The notes under the pieces: model-generated
Databases searched by the model: none
Told to the model about the DNA's origin: nothing
The model's input: only the letters and a program-made list of their open reading frames with translations
Shown here: one piece after another, positions 55,436 through 64,000 of the stretch
Layout: the number at the start of each line of letters is the position of its first letter
Numbering within the stretch: the stretch's first letter is position 1
Origin: Candidatus Saccharimonadota bacterium
Lineage (GTDB): Bacteria; Patescibacteriota; Saccharimonadia; Saccharimonadales; UBA10212
Assembly (NCBI GenBank): GCA_016176605.1
Contig: JACOWW010000005.1
Location: 127-64,126, forward strand
Reading direction: 5' to 3'
Length of the DNA: 64,000 bases
Made by a program: the position numbers and the translations under genes

Positions 55436-56917
55436 CTAGCCCTTAATAACAATTAGCGGCAAAAGGCGGGCAACTTTTTTGGCGATGCCGACGCGCTGGA
55501 CAATATCAACTACTTCATCGACGTCTTTATAAGCATAGGGGGCTTCTTCACTTAAGTATTTAACAGCCGGGGTTTTAACGATGATTCGGCGCTTGGCTAG
55601 CTCGGCTTGTAAATCCTTACCGAGCTGAAGTTTTTTGGCCCCGTGGCGCGACATCGCCCGCCCGGAGCCGTGGCAAGTCGAACCAAAGGACTGGCTCATC
55701 GCGCCCTTTGTGCCAACCAGCACATATGAAGCAGTACCCATGCTGCCGGGGATTATTACCGGCTGGCCCTGGCCGCGGAAAGCCTTGGGTATTTCCGGCT
55801 GGCCCGGGCCAAAGGCCCGGGTGGCGCCTTTACGCTGAACTAAGACTTTTTGCAGGGCACCATCAATTTCGTACTCCTCCACTTTGGCAATGTTGTGGGC
55901 TACGTCATACAGCAGCTCCAGTCGTCCCTGCCCGCCAAAGATGTTTTGCCAAACTTGGCGGACTAGACATGTCAGCAATTGCCGGTTAACCCAGGCGTAA
56001 TTGGCAGCCGCGGACATGGCAGCGTAATATTTTTGTCCTAGCTCCGATGAAAATGGCAGGCAGGCCAGTTCGCGGTCTGGCACCTCGATGCCAAATTCTG
56101 GCATTTTTGCCTGCATTAGCTTTATGTAATCACTGCCTACTTGGTGCCCCAGCCCGCGCGAACCGCTGTGGATTAAGACCGTAATTTGCCCTGATTTTAG
56201 GCCAAAAGACTCAGCGATTTTTTCGTCAAAGATTGCTTGGACCACTCCGACCTCGGCAAAGTGGTTGCCGGCGCCCAGTGTCCCCAGCTGCCTCTGGCCA
56301 CGATTTTTAGCCTGCACCGATACGGCCGTAGCGTCAGCTGCTTGGAGTCGGCCTTCTGATTCAGTATGCTCGAGGTCTTTTTGCGAGGCGTAGCCATTTT
56401 TTAGCGCCCAGCGGACTCCTTGATTAAGGACTTTGTCCAGCTCGGCAGATTTAAGGTCGAATCTGCCGCCGCGGCCGGTGCCGGCCGGGATAGCGCGGGA
56501 CAGCTCATGGGCCAGAGTTTCTTGTGCTGGCCGCAAATCCTTGGCGCCTAAATCGCTTAGCAACAGACGCACGCCGCAGTTAATATCGTAGCCGATGCCG
56601 CCGGGTGAAATAGCGCCATCAGGCAGCCGGCTAGCGGCCACGCCGCCGATTGGGAAGCCATAACCTTGGTGCATGTCCGGCATGGCCAAGGCGTATTTAA
56701 CTACGCCGGGCAAGCAGGCAACATTCACTAGCTGAGCTAACGAGCGGTCTTTGAAAGCGTCTTCGAACATTTTTGGGCTGGCAAAGAATATAGCCGGCAC
56801 CAGCATATCGGCGCGGTAAGATTTGGGAATTTCCCATACGTAAGGTCCCGCTTGGACTACGTCTTCCCGCTTGACCATTGGCAGCCGCTCGCTAATACCT
56901 TTTTGGAAAGCTCCCAT
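55436..56917 (-). CDS. rtcB: RtcB RNA ligase (long, archaeal-like form)
   Basis: MPDMHQGYGFPIGG, GYDINCG, GNHF, HSGSRG, HNIAK, STCHGSGR, EEAPYAYKDV. Confidence 0.96.
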   Translation of the reverse strand: MGAFQKGISERLPMVKREDVVQAGPYVWEIPKSYRADMLVPAIFFASPKMFEDAFKDRSLAQLVNVACLPGVVKYALAMPDMHQGYGFPIGGVAASRLPDGAISPGGIGYDINCGVRLLLSDLGAKDLRPAQETLAHELSRAIPAGTGRGGRFDLKSAELDKVLNQGVRWALKNGYASQKDLEHTESEGRLQAADATAVSVQAKNRGQRQLGTLGAGNHFAEVGVVQAIFDEKIAESFGLKSGQITVLIHSGSRGLGHQVGSDYIKLMQAKMPEFGIEVPDRELACLPFSSELGQKYYAAMSAAANYAWVNRQLLTCLVRQVWQNIFGGQGRLELLYDVAHNIAKVEEYEIDGALQKVLVQRKGATRAFGPGQPEIPKAFRGQGQPVIIPGSMGTASYVLVGTKGAMSQSFGSTCHGSGRAMSRHGAKKLQLGKDLQAELAKRRIIVKTPAVKYLSEEAPYAYKDVDEVVDIVQRVGIAKKVARLLPLIVIKG

Positions 56918-57058
56918 GTTACCTCTACTTTCATGTTTATTTTAGTCTTTAAGCGATAATTTAACAGTGAGCCTTGTTACAACCGTTGCTAAAAGTGATT
57001 TATGTCACTGCAAAACTTAAGAGTTTCGTTTTTACTGTAGCTAGAAAGGAGGCGCTAA

Positions 57059-57355
57059 ATGCAGTCGGTTGATATTGAGCCAAACAAAGAAGAAAAGCTG
57101 GAAAAGCTAGAGCAAGATTGGGATAAGCCCTTCTCGCCGCCGGCTTTGGTAGAAGAAAGGGAACGACTGCCTAAAAACCATCCGGCCCTAGACACCGGCA
57201 TTGACGCCCACGAGTGGTATGACGAAGGCCGCGCCGGCGCCGCCGAAATACCGGATACGCCCAAAAGGGTCATACTCGGCTACATCCCGAGAGTTATCAA
57301 AAAGAATAGTCAGAAACTGCGAAAAATAATGAAGTCTGTCGTCCCCGAGCGCTAA
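57059..57355 (+). CDS. Hypothetical protein
   Basis: AAGGAGG RBS; followed by a long inverted repeat at about 57357-57400. Confidence 0.65.
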   Translation: MQSVDIEPNKEEKLEKLEQDWDKPFSPPALVEERERLPKNHPALDTGIDAHEWYDEGRAGAAEIPDTPKRVILGYIPRVIKKNSQKLRKIMKSVVPER

Positions 57356-57402
57356 TGGTCAACCCTAAAAAGCGGGCAGCCCAGCCTTTTAGGGTTGACC
57401 AC

Positions 57403-57948
57403 CTACGATGCATGTCCTTCGCCAAGATCTAGCAACAGCTTTTCAAGATGGTCCCTTTCAATATTCCGACAATCGATATCCCGTTCGTACGCGATAATGT
57501 ACCCTTGCAACAGGCACTGAAGTTTTATGGCGTGGCTGCGCCACAAAAAATGTATGGATTGCGGGTTGGTGAAAAAATAGCGCGAAACCAGCTTAATTTG
57601 CCCAAAAAATGGGCCGGTATCTACTTCGACGCTTAAAATATCGCGGACGGGAACGCTAATTGTCCTGCCAACGAAGAAAAAGAGATGCTCGGCAATAGTC
57701 AGCTTTTCCCTGTCTATAACAACCGTGTCTGGAAAAAGGTCAAATGGAAAGACAGTTTTTGCCTTGAACATTATTTCATGAGAACGCAAAGTTACTTTAT
57801 TTAACTCTCTTTCAGAAGGATCAACTCCTTCTGCTTCCGGTTGCGCGGGCCTTATTTTTTTGAGTTTTCTTATAGCTTTTTTAATCGCCACCAAAATATC
57901 TATCGGAGAACGGCGGGTATCTTTCCAAGTATCCGTATTGTTTACCAT
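57403..57948 (-). CDS. Hypothetical protein (bacterial PH-like domain)
   Basis: VFPFDLFPD, 'DILSVEV..GPFFG.I' beta pattern. Confidence 0.6.
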   Translation of the reverse strand: MVNNTDTWKDTRRSPIDILVAIKKAIRKLKKIRPAQPEAEGVDPSERELNKVTLRSHEIMFKAKTVFPFDLFPDTVVIDREKLTIAEHLFFFVGRTISVPVRDILSVEVDTGPFFGQIKLVSRYFFTNPQSIHFLWRSHAIKLQCLLQGYIIAYERDIDCRNIERDHLEKLLLDLGEGHAS

Positions 57949-58074
57949 ATGGTTCTCCCTCCGTGCATTATTTTGGCTTGAAGGTGGCAGAAATTCAGTG
58001 ATAATAATTACAGTTAACAGATTGTACTTGGGAAAGGCGCTTGGCGGGTGACCTTTAACGTATAATTATCATCA

Positions 58075-58665
58075 ATGCATAATCTGCTCGATCCTGGCCA
58101 CTTGGTTAAGGATTTTGGCTATTTAGGGATATTCACCGCCCTGTTTTTGGAGTCCGGCGTCTTTTTTGGCTTTTTTCTACCCGGCGACAGTTTGCTTTTT
58201 ACGGCCGGCCTGCTGGCCTCCCAGGGGTATTTAAATATCGTCGGGCTGATAATTATCAGTGTGGCGGCCGCCGTTTTGGGTAATAACGTCGGTTATTATA
58301 CGGGCCAAAAGACTGGCCCGGCACTGTTCAACCGCAAAAAATCCTTTTTTTTCTCACCAAAACGCGTCGAGGAAGCCCACAAATTTTTTGAAAAGCAGGG
58401 CCCGCAATCGCTAATTTTAGCCCGTTTTATCCCGGCGGTACGGACTTTTGTACCAATCGCCGCCGGCATCGGCAAGATGGATTACCGCAAGTTTCTGCTT
58501 TTCAATGGCCTGGGCGGCTTGCTGTGGGGCATCGGCGTCCCAATATTGGGCTACACTCTTGGCAAAAAAGTTCCCAATATCGATAAGTACCTATTGCCGG
58601 TAGTCCTGGTCATAGTTATTTTATCGGCTCTGCCAGTCCTGTTCGCCTATCTGCGACGCGCCTAA
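58075..58665 (+). CDS. DedA/VTT family membrane protein (second paralog)
   Basis: FLESG..LPGDSLL, LARFIP.VRTF. Confidence 0.93.
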   Translation: MHNLLDPGHLVKDFGYLGIFTALFLESGVFFGFFLPGDSLLFTAGLLASQGYLNIVGLIIISVAAAVLGNNVGYYTGQKTGPALFNRKKSFFFSPKRVEEAHKFFEKQGPQSLILARFIPAVRTFVPIAAGIGKMDYRKFLLFNGLGGLLWGIGVPILGYTLGKKVPNIDKYLLPVVLVIVILSALPVLFAYLRRA

Positions 58666-59324
58666 TTTATAAACTTTAAAATATCGAACAGGTCTTTGGA
58701 TTCAACATGGTGAGTAACCACTTCCACCAGCTTCTCCGACTTGCTGTTAAAAGCAATTGAGGTACCGGCCGTCAAAGCTGCCTGGACATCGTTTTCATTG
58801 TTGCCTACAAATACGCAGTTCTTTATATCTACTCCATATTTTTGGGCCATATCTTTAATACACTCAGCCTTATGTTCCATGTCGTATTCCGTAGCTGTAG
58901 CCCCTGTTAATTTGCCGCTTTCATCAAATTGGAAGCGGTTAATAAATACTGCCTCGAATAGTTTTTTGGCCTCATCGCCATAGACTGCTTCGACTACCAA
59001 ATCAATGCCGTCAGACACAACGAATATTTTGTAACCGCGCTCCTGAAGCGCCCGGATTGTAGCAATAGCGCCTTGCATGGGATGCAGAGTCATAATGGCG
59101 TCTAATATTCCACGTCTGGTTGCCCCCGCATCCTGAAGCAGTTTGACATCATTTTGCACCCAATCGGAGTAGCTAACTTCTTTGGCAATATATTGCCTAA
59201 GAACTTCTCTGGTTTTAGCTTTATCTACGCCAAAATATTCCCAAAGGTGTTGGTAAATATATTCCATGCCATCTACAAGCGTGCCGTCGAGATCGAAAAA
59301 TACGAGTTTTGTTTGGTTGTTCAT
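58662..59324 (-). CDS. HAD-IB phosphatase (phosphoserine phosphatase-like)
   Basis: FDLDGTL, VSDG, K, GNNEND. Confidence 0.88.
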   Translation of the reverse strand: MNNQTKLVFFDLDGTLVDGMEYIYQHLWEYFGVDKAKTREVLRQYIAKEVSYSDWVQNDVKLLQDAGATRRGILDAIMTLHPMQGAIATIRALQERGYKIFVVSDGIDLVVEAVYGDEAKKLFEAVFINRFQFDESGKLTGATATEYDMEHKAECIKDMAQKYGVDIKNCVFVGNNENDVQAALTAGTSIAFNSKSEKLVEVVTHHVESKDLFDILKFIN

Positions 59325-59508
59325 AGTTTTATGATACCAGAAACAAAAAAGCCTAAAAATCTGACTCACTAAACAATATTCTTCCCGTTTGCAAGAACCG
59401 TCCTTGCAACAACAGATAACTTTTACCTTTCAGCTTGCAGTTCCAGATGGTTTTGAGATAAAAAGGCGACTATCCCTTCATAGCAAGTAATCAGAGTATA
59501 GTTAAGTT

Positions 59509-59700
59509 ATGATTACTGATGTTGAGAGACGCGAAGACGGTAAATTCGTACTGACAGTTAACGTAACTGGACAGATTAAAGCTGTTCAAAAAGGCGACAT
59601 TTTTAAATTTGAAGGCAGAAAGTATCAGGTCGAATCTGCTGAATCTATTTATGACGGAACACTAAAGTTTATTGCTGTAGCTTTTGCAGTTGGCAAGTAA
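59509..59700 (+). CDS. Small hypothetical protein
   Basis: 63-aa beta-rich ORF. Confidence 0.45.
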   Translation: MITDVERREDGKFVLTVNVTGQIKAVQKGDIFKFEGRKYQVESAESIYDGTLKFIAVAFAVGK

Positions 59701-59721
59701 TTAGCAAGTAAACAGTAGAAC

Positions 59722-59901
59722 CTAACTTTTCATTCTGTCGGATAGCTTGCCCAGAAGCTCAGCAACCACTCCGACAGCTAAACCTATGAGCAAGGCATAT
59801 ATAACGGTCTTCCAATAATTGTCGGTAAAAAAACCGTAAATCAGACCAACTAAAAGTCCTAGCGATGCACCGCCACCAATTGCAGTTCTTTTGTCCTCCA
59901 T
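59722..59901 (-). CDS. 59-aa two-TM protein (not in the ORF track)
   Basis: MEDKRTAIGGGASLGLLVGLIYG...; AAGGAGG RBS. Confidence 0.65.
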   Translation of the reverse strand: MEDKRTAIGGGASLGLLVGLIYGFFTDNYWKTVIYALLIGLAVGVVAELLGKLSDRMKS

Positions 59902-60068
59902 AAGCCTCCTTTGTTTATTTATTGTAGCGCACTATTGCAACAGAGTAACCACTGAAGGTAATATGTAACTAGAAGAACACGTCTGCACGACGTGTTTTTT
60001 TGTACCCAAAATTAGAAGTGTTAACAGACTATTTTACCGTTAGCAGTTTTGTGCTGCAATTAGATGAT

Positions 60069-60144
60069 GCCTGAGTAGCTCAGTGGATAGAGCAGTTGCA
60101 CGCTAAGCTTCAGGTCACGGGTTCAAATCCCGTCTCAGGTTTCA
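60069..60144 (+). ncRNA. tRNA-like RNA or pseudo-tRNA with a defective anticodon stem
   Basis: Intact acceptor, D and T arms; two U-U mismatches in the anticodon stem; ends TTCA rather than NCCA. Confidence 0.7.
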
Positions 60145-60320
60145 GTTCATACAATTTAAAAAAGTAGAGAGCCTCCGAAAAGGCTCTCAGTTGCACGCTG
60201 TCTATATTCTAGCACAGCGCCAGCTTGAAGTCCTCTACAACCGCCAAGAGGTCGGTTTACTTTGTCAAAAAATAACTCACAAAAATACAACTTTAATTAG
60301 TCGTTTGAATAGTTTTTTAC

Positions 60321-60701
60321 TCATAGTAATTGTGGTATCTTTTCTGTATCGCTTGATTCTAGTATATGCCCTTCATGAACAACATTCCCGTTAATAGGTG
60401 TTGGTTCTTGGAACGAGTAGCCCTTTTTATATTTCATTAAGTTCTGAACTAAATGATTATCTAATGGAAATACACCTACTCTCGCAATTTCTTGTAGTTC
60501 TGCTTTACTCAAATACTTAATAAGAAGGTCGACTAAATGTCTGAACATTGCATTTCTCTTTTTTGCGTCCTGTAAATCTGACGCACTATAAACAACTGAC
60601 CAACGGTCTGTTACGTCGTCCATTTTAAGAATAGCCAAGAGGGACACAGGCTTATTAGCCTTCTTCAGCTCTTTTAAGATTGTTTTTATTTTTTCTACCA
60701 T
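60321..60701 (-). CDS. Hypothetical protein paired with the HEPN gene
   Basis: Overlaps the HEPN gene stop; AT-rich. Confidence 0.7.
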   Translation of the reverse strand: MVEKIKTILKELKKANKPVSLLAILKMDDVTDRWSVVYSASDLQDAKKRNAMFRHLVDLLIKYLSKAELQEIARVGVFPLDNHLVQNLMKYKKGYSFQEPTPINGNVVHEGHILESSDTEKIPQLL

Positions 60702-61144
60702 CGTCTATTCCTTTTGATGGTTTCGATAATACTATCACTATCATCATACAGGGTTTTAGCCAATTCCTTAACAGTCATCTCATCGAATTTAGCCGACACG
60801 TCCTCATACCGCATAATCGTCCAAGCTCCAGGATAGTTAATAGTGAAAGCCGACCAGTTATTATACGCTGGCGATAAACTAACGCTACCAAATAAATCAC
60901 TAAGTCCACTCACTGCAAGCAATTGTTCAAATTCATGCGTTTTGAAGCCTAATACTTCACCTCGACTTTTTAGTGGAGGGTAAGTTGCGAGTCTCAATGC
61001 TTTGCACGAAGCCGCTTTCAATGCACATTCAAGGACATACCCCATTAAATAGGCGGCGACCTCCCATTCCTCTTCTTTAATTAAGCGTTTTATGGTCCTA
61101 ATTTTCTTATAGGTTAAAGCTCTTAGCTCAGTCCCAGTATGCAT
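60695..61144 (-). CDS. HEPN domain protein
   Basis: 'AAYL.GY.LECALKA', 'THE.E.L', 'W....RY' pattern. Confidence 0.75.
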   Translation of the reverse strand: MHTGTELRALTYKKIRTIKRLIKEEEWEVAAYLMGYVLECALKAASCKALRLATYPPLKSRGEVLGFKTHEFEQLLAVSGLSDLFGSVSLSPAYNNWSAFTINYPGAWTIMRYEDVSAKFDEMTVKELAKTLYDDSDSIIETIKRNRRW

Positions 61145-61420
61145 TAACCAAAGTATATCATCCGTAACATCTCCCAATAATTGCTTGAGGCTACTTGCTG
61201 TCAGGGGGTAGTTGTCAGCTAAAGTTCTTGCTTATGTTTTAGGTAAGTGTTATAATGTTCAACGTACCTTGAGTTTATGAATTCATTCCCTCTTTGGGGC
61301 TTACCAATTTTGTGAAAACACGCAGTGCAGGTTTTTGCAAAATTGAGAGGAGTAGCCACAGCGCTAAGCCGAAGCTTTTGTCGATCCGGCAAAACAAGGC
61401 AAGCTCGTAGGCTTCGACGA

Positions 61421-62000
61421 GGGGCTGATTTCAGCTTGACGGTGTACTTTACCAACTAGTTTGCAGGTCGGAATGCACTGAACGTTATCCGGTGCAAACC
61501 AAACAAATGCAATAGCATTTATTTCAGGAGGCGGTTTACTAGCTGCTTTCCGAAAGCGATTTTCAAATCCTTTCAAGGCTTTGGCTTTCGCACCAGCTTA
61601 CGTCTAAAACACGTTTAGCCGCGCATACATCGACACCAGATAGAAGTTAATGCGTGTCATATCATCTGGTTGCTCGAGACTTACTTTCCATAAGTCTCGT
61701 TAAGACTTCGGAATAGGAAACGCCACTTTTTGACCATTTACCGGTAGCATTTCCAAATAAGGGCCTGCCATGCAAGATTACTCAATCTGTGAACAATCCT
61801 TGACGCAATCAAGCAATTTTTTGCTTCTCACCGTATCGTTCAGATACGCTTTGTCGTAAGAAAATTACTTGCTTATCGCCAAATTATTGCTCTCAAACCT
61901 TGAGTACCTTACATGGCAGACCCTATCAAATGGCCTAAACCTGTAGAAGACTAGCTAGATAAAACATCGGACCCGGTTGCAATCACCGGCAGCTCCACCA
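61421..62000 (+). ncRNA. ssrA: tmRNA, 580 nt
   Basis: 5' GGGGCTG pairs with 3' CAGCTCC-ACCA with G3:U; T-arm CCGGT/ACCGG; tag ORF 61509-61607. Confidence 0.9.
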
Positions 62001-62034
62001 AAAACGCCTGACGATTTGTCGGGCTTTTTTGTTT

Positions 62035-62469
62035 TTAGAGGGCTTTTAGGAGGTGGGAGACGGCGCGGTCAAAGGCTTTGACTTCGCGATCATCGAGCAG
62101 TTTTAGTAACTCTTTATGCTGGGCTGACAGGATTTTTTCGGCTTTAGCGAAAGCTTTGCCGCCCTTGGCGGTTAGGGCAGTTTCGCGCAGGCGTTTATCT
62201 TTTCTGTTACGGGTAATACTAACCAAGCCTTTCTTTTTGAGCAGCTGCAGCTGGCGGCTGACGTTGGCTTCTGTCTGGTAAAGTTTTTGAGCAATGGCGC
62301 GCTGGCTCAGAGGTACGGAGCGGTGCAGGGCCTGCAAAATTTGTACCTGGCCAAAGCCTACCCTAAGGGAATTACGTAAAAGCGTATCTGATTTATGTTG
62401 TAAAATAAACTCCAAGCGGTGCAGGGAAGTGAGAGGAGAATATGGTCCGCGTTTTTTTATAGCATTCAT
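62035..62469 (-). CDS. MarR family regulator
   Basis: SQRAIA, VSRQL..L..KGLV, DKR....LT.KG; palindrome AAAATACTTGAC/GTCAAGTATTTT at about 62487-62512. Confidence 0.9.
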   Translation of the reverse strand: MNAIKKRGPYSPLTSLHRLEFILQHKSDTLLRNSLRVGFGQVQILQALHRSVPLSQRAIAQKLYQTEANVSRQLQLLKKKGLVSITRNRKDKRLRETALTAKGGKAFAKAEKILSAQHKELLKLLDDREVKAFDRAVSHLLKAL

Positions 62470-62528
62470 AGCATAAGTGTAAACCAAAAATACTTGACTA
62501 GTCAAGTATTTTCAAATAGAGCAGGGGG

Positions 62529-62632
62529 TCGCTCGCACATTATCCAAAACAGGGCGCTACACGCAGGTCCGCCTAGGGCGGATCCGGTTGCACTCAGCAA
62601 ACCAACCCTGTTTTAGGTAATGTGCTCGCTCT
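62529..62632 (+). repeat. Hairpin element with CGCTCGC...GCTCGCT ends
   Basis: GCACATTA..AAAACAGGG / CCCTGTTTT..TAATGTGC stem with inner hairpins. Confidence 0.65.
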
Positions 62633-62738
62633 ACACCAACTCCGACAGTTTATACCATTGCTCGAGGGAGAGTTCTTGGGCGCGAGCATCTGGATCAATA
62701 CTGGTCTTTTTTAGCAATTTGTCGGCAAAAGTACTTAA
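62631..62738 (-). pseudogene. rsmA: C-terminal fragment of RsmA/KsgA
   Basis: Hand translation ...LLKKTSIDPDARAQELSLEQWYKLSELV* matches the KsgA C-terminal motif. Confidence 0.7.
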
Positions 62739-62894
62739 GTTTAAGCTCGAGGATTTTTCGTAATGGACCATGGAGAGTTTTTAATAACTGCTTGACTCCT
62801 TCCTGTTTCTTGCCAATACTTGGATGTAAGGACTTTAGGGTGGGCTAGTGTCCGCCAGTTATCATGTTATGGTTGGGGGTTGATAGGAAATATT

Positions 62895-64000
62895 ATGTTT
62901 ATAAAGCTTCTAAATAGACTAACGCGTTTCTCGGGAAGACATATGGTGGCCTTGGTTTTATTGTTTCTAGCTGTTGGCATGTACGGCGACAGCGCCCGGG
63001 CGTTGATTGTTACCAAAACCCTTGGCAATACTACTGTCGGTACCCAGTTGGCTGCCTTTGCCAAAGACGTCAAGTGGGGCAATAAGCGTGTTCTTAGCGA
63101 CGTCGCTGAGGTTTCTAAGCTGACGCTGGATTCTGTAGGCGGCAGCTCGACGGCTCACGTTAAGGGCATGATCTACGACGCTGATGGCTCTGGTATGCCC
63201 GGCGCGTTGGTGGCTACAACTGATGAACTGACATTGGCTGCCGGGGCAACCAGAAGCTGGCGTGACCTGACTTTTGCTACACCGCCAACTCTCCAGCCTG
63301 GTACTTATTTCCTGATTATGATCACCGACTCCAACAGTGGGCAGCACGGTTTTAACCCGGTTTCCGGTGTCAAGGAGTACTACAATACCGACAGTTATGT
63401 TGATGGGCCAGCCAATCCCTTTGGCTCGGCCACTATTTCCGGAGGTAATTACGATGATTCCTTTTACATGACTTATACGACATCAGTATCGGACCCTCCG
63501 CATAATTTTGCAACCGGCAGCATCCCGGCTCCAAAATACGGTGTCTATGAGGTTGTTCTGACTGGCGATGGCTCAGTCAGTAACCCTTTTGACACTGTGG
63601 CCACAGTGACCTTCATCCCTCCATCGGGTTCGGGCAGTGCCAAGACCATTGAGGCTTTTTATGATGGCGGCAATACCTGGAAGGCCCGGGTCTATGCCTC
63701 CGAAGTCGGTGACTGGACGTGGTCGTCAGCTTCGGCAGCCGACCCTGGACTCGACGGTCAGAATGGCAGTTTCAGCACGACAAGCTCTGAGCTGCGCGGT
63801 ATGCTGCGTAAACATAGTACCAACTCCAAACAGTGGATGACCGACAACGGCCAGACTTTCCTAGGTATCGGTGACACGGCTTACTATCTATTTGCCAGAA
63901 CCAATAAAGACGGCACGACAATTTCCGAGCCAACCTTCCAAAAATATGTCCAGGATGACGTAGCCTTAAACATCAACAGCATCTTTGCCGACCTTAACGG
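62895..64000 (+). CDS. Large secreted protein with a beta-sandwich domain plus DUF5060/DUF4038 (apiosidase-like) region, runs off the window
   Basis: Open frame; signal peptide; 'NPFD...F..P......EAFYDGG.TWKAR......G.W.W' and 'DNG.TFL.IGDTAY'. Confidence 0.75.
   Translation, partial: MFIKLLNRLTRFSGRHMVALVLLFLAVGMYGDSARALIVTKTLGNTTVGTQLAAFAKDVKWGNKRVLSDVAEVSKLTLDSVGGSSTAHVKGMIYDADGSGMPGALVATTDELTLAAGATRSWRDLTFATPPTLQPGTYFLIMITDSNSGQHGFNPVSGVKEYYNTDSYVDGPANPFGSATISGGNYDDSFYMTYTTSVSDPPHNFATGSIPAPKYGVYEVVLTGDGSVSNPFDTVATVTFIPPSGSGSAKTIEAFYDGGNTWKARVYASEVGDWTWSSASAADPGLDGQNGSFSTTSSELRGMLRKHSTNSKQWMTDNGQTFLGIGDTAYYLFARTNKDGTTISEPTFQKYVQDDVALNINSIFADLN

Noticed and set aside
60069..60144. Functional tRNA-Ser(GCT)
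   Set aside because: No long variable arm, mismatched anticodon stem, no U33 and no encoded CCA; reported as a tRNA mimic instead.
62523..62632. SRP (4.5S) RNA
   Set aside because: Size fits and CAGGTCC is present, but the conserved GGAA tetraloop/AGCAG helix is missing and the ends match a repeat family.

Overview
This is a gene-dense chromosomal segment using genetic code 11 (TGA is a stop codon). Gene content and style point to Patescibacteria/CPR, most likely Saccharibacteria; that assignment is inferred, not searched. It carries housekeeping genes (ligA, htpX/lemA, uvrA/uvrC, sbcB, obgE, mltG, ruvX, an ftsA-like gene, alaS, mnmA, iscS, tatD, metG, rplY, secG), 8 intact tRNAs, a 3' half tRNA-Leu, a tRNA mimic and an unusually long tmRNA. 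Four things stand out. (1) A divergent F1-like ATPase operon (c-like, b-like, delta, alpha, gamma, beta, epsilon) has no a-subunit, and its c-like subunit lacks the ion-binding carboxylate and is fused behind a signal peptide and an extracytoplasmic beta-domain. (2) Heptamer-repeat spacer elements sit between operon genes, each carrying an open mini-ORF that overlaps both neighbours and so could preserve translational coupling. (3) Several families of short palindromic or structured elements recur, some inserted in frame in essential genes. (4) A 580-nt tmRNA has a 32-codon tag and a ~160-nt hairpin insertion, with an RtcB/CCA-HD gene pair, a HEPN gene pair and a tRNA mimic nearby. No CRISPR array, integrase or transposase is visible. 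All protein calls come from recognising motifs by eye.
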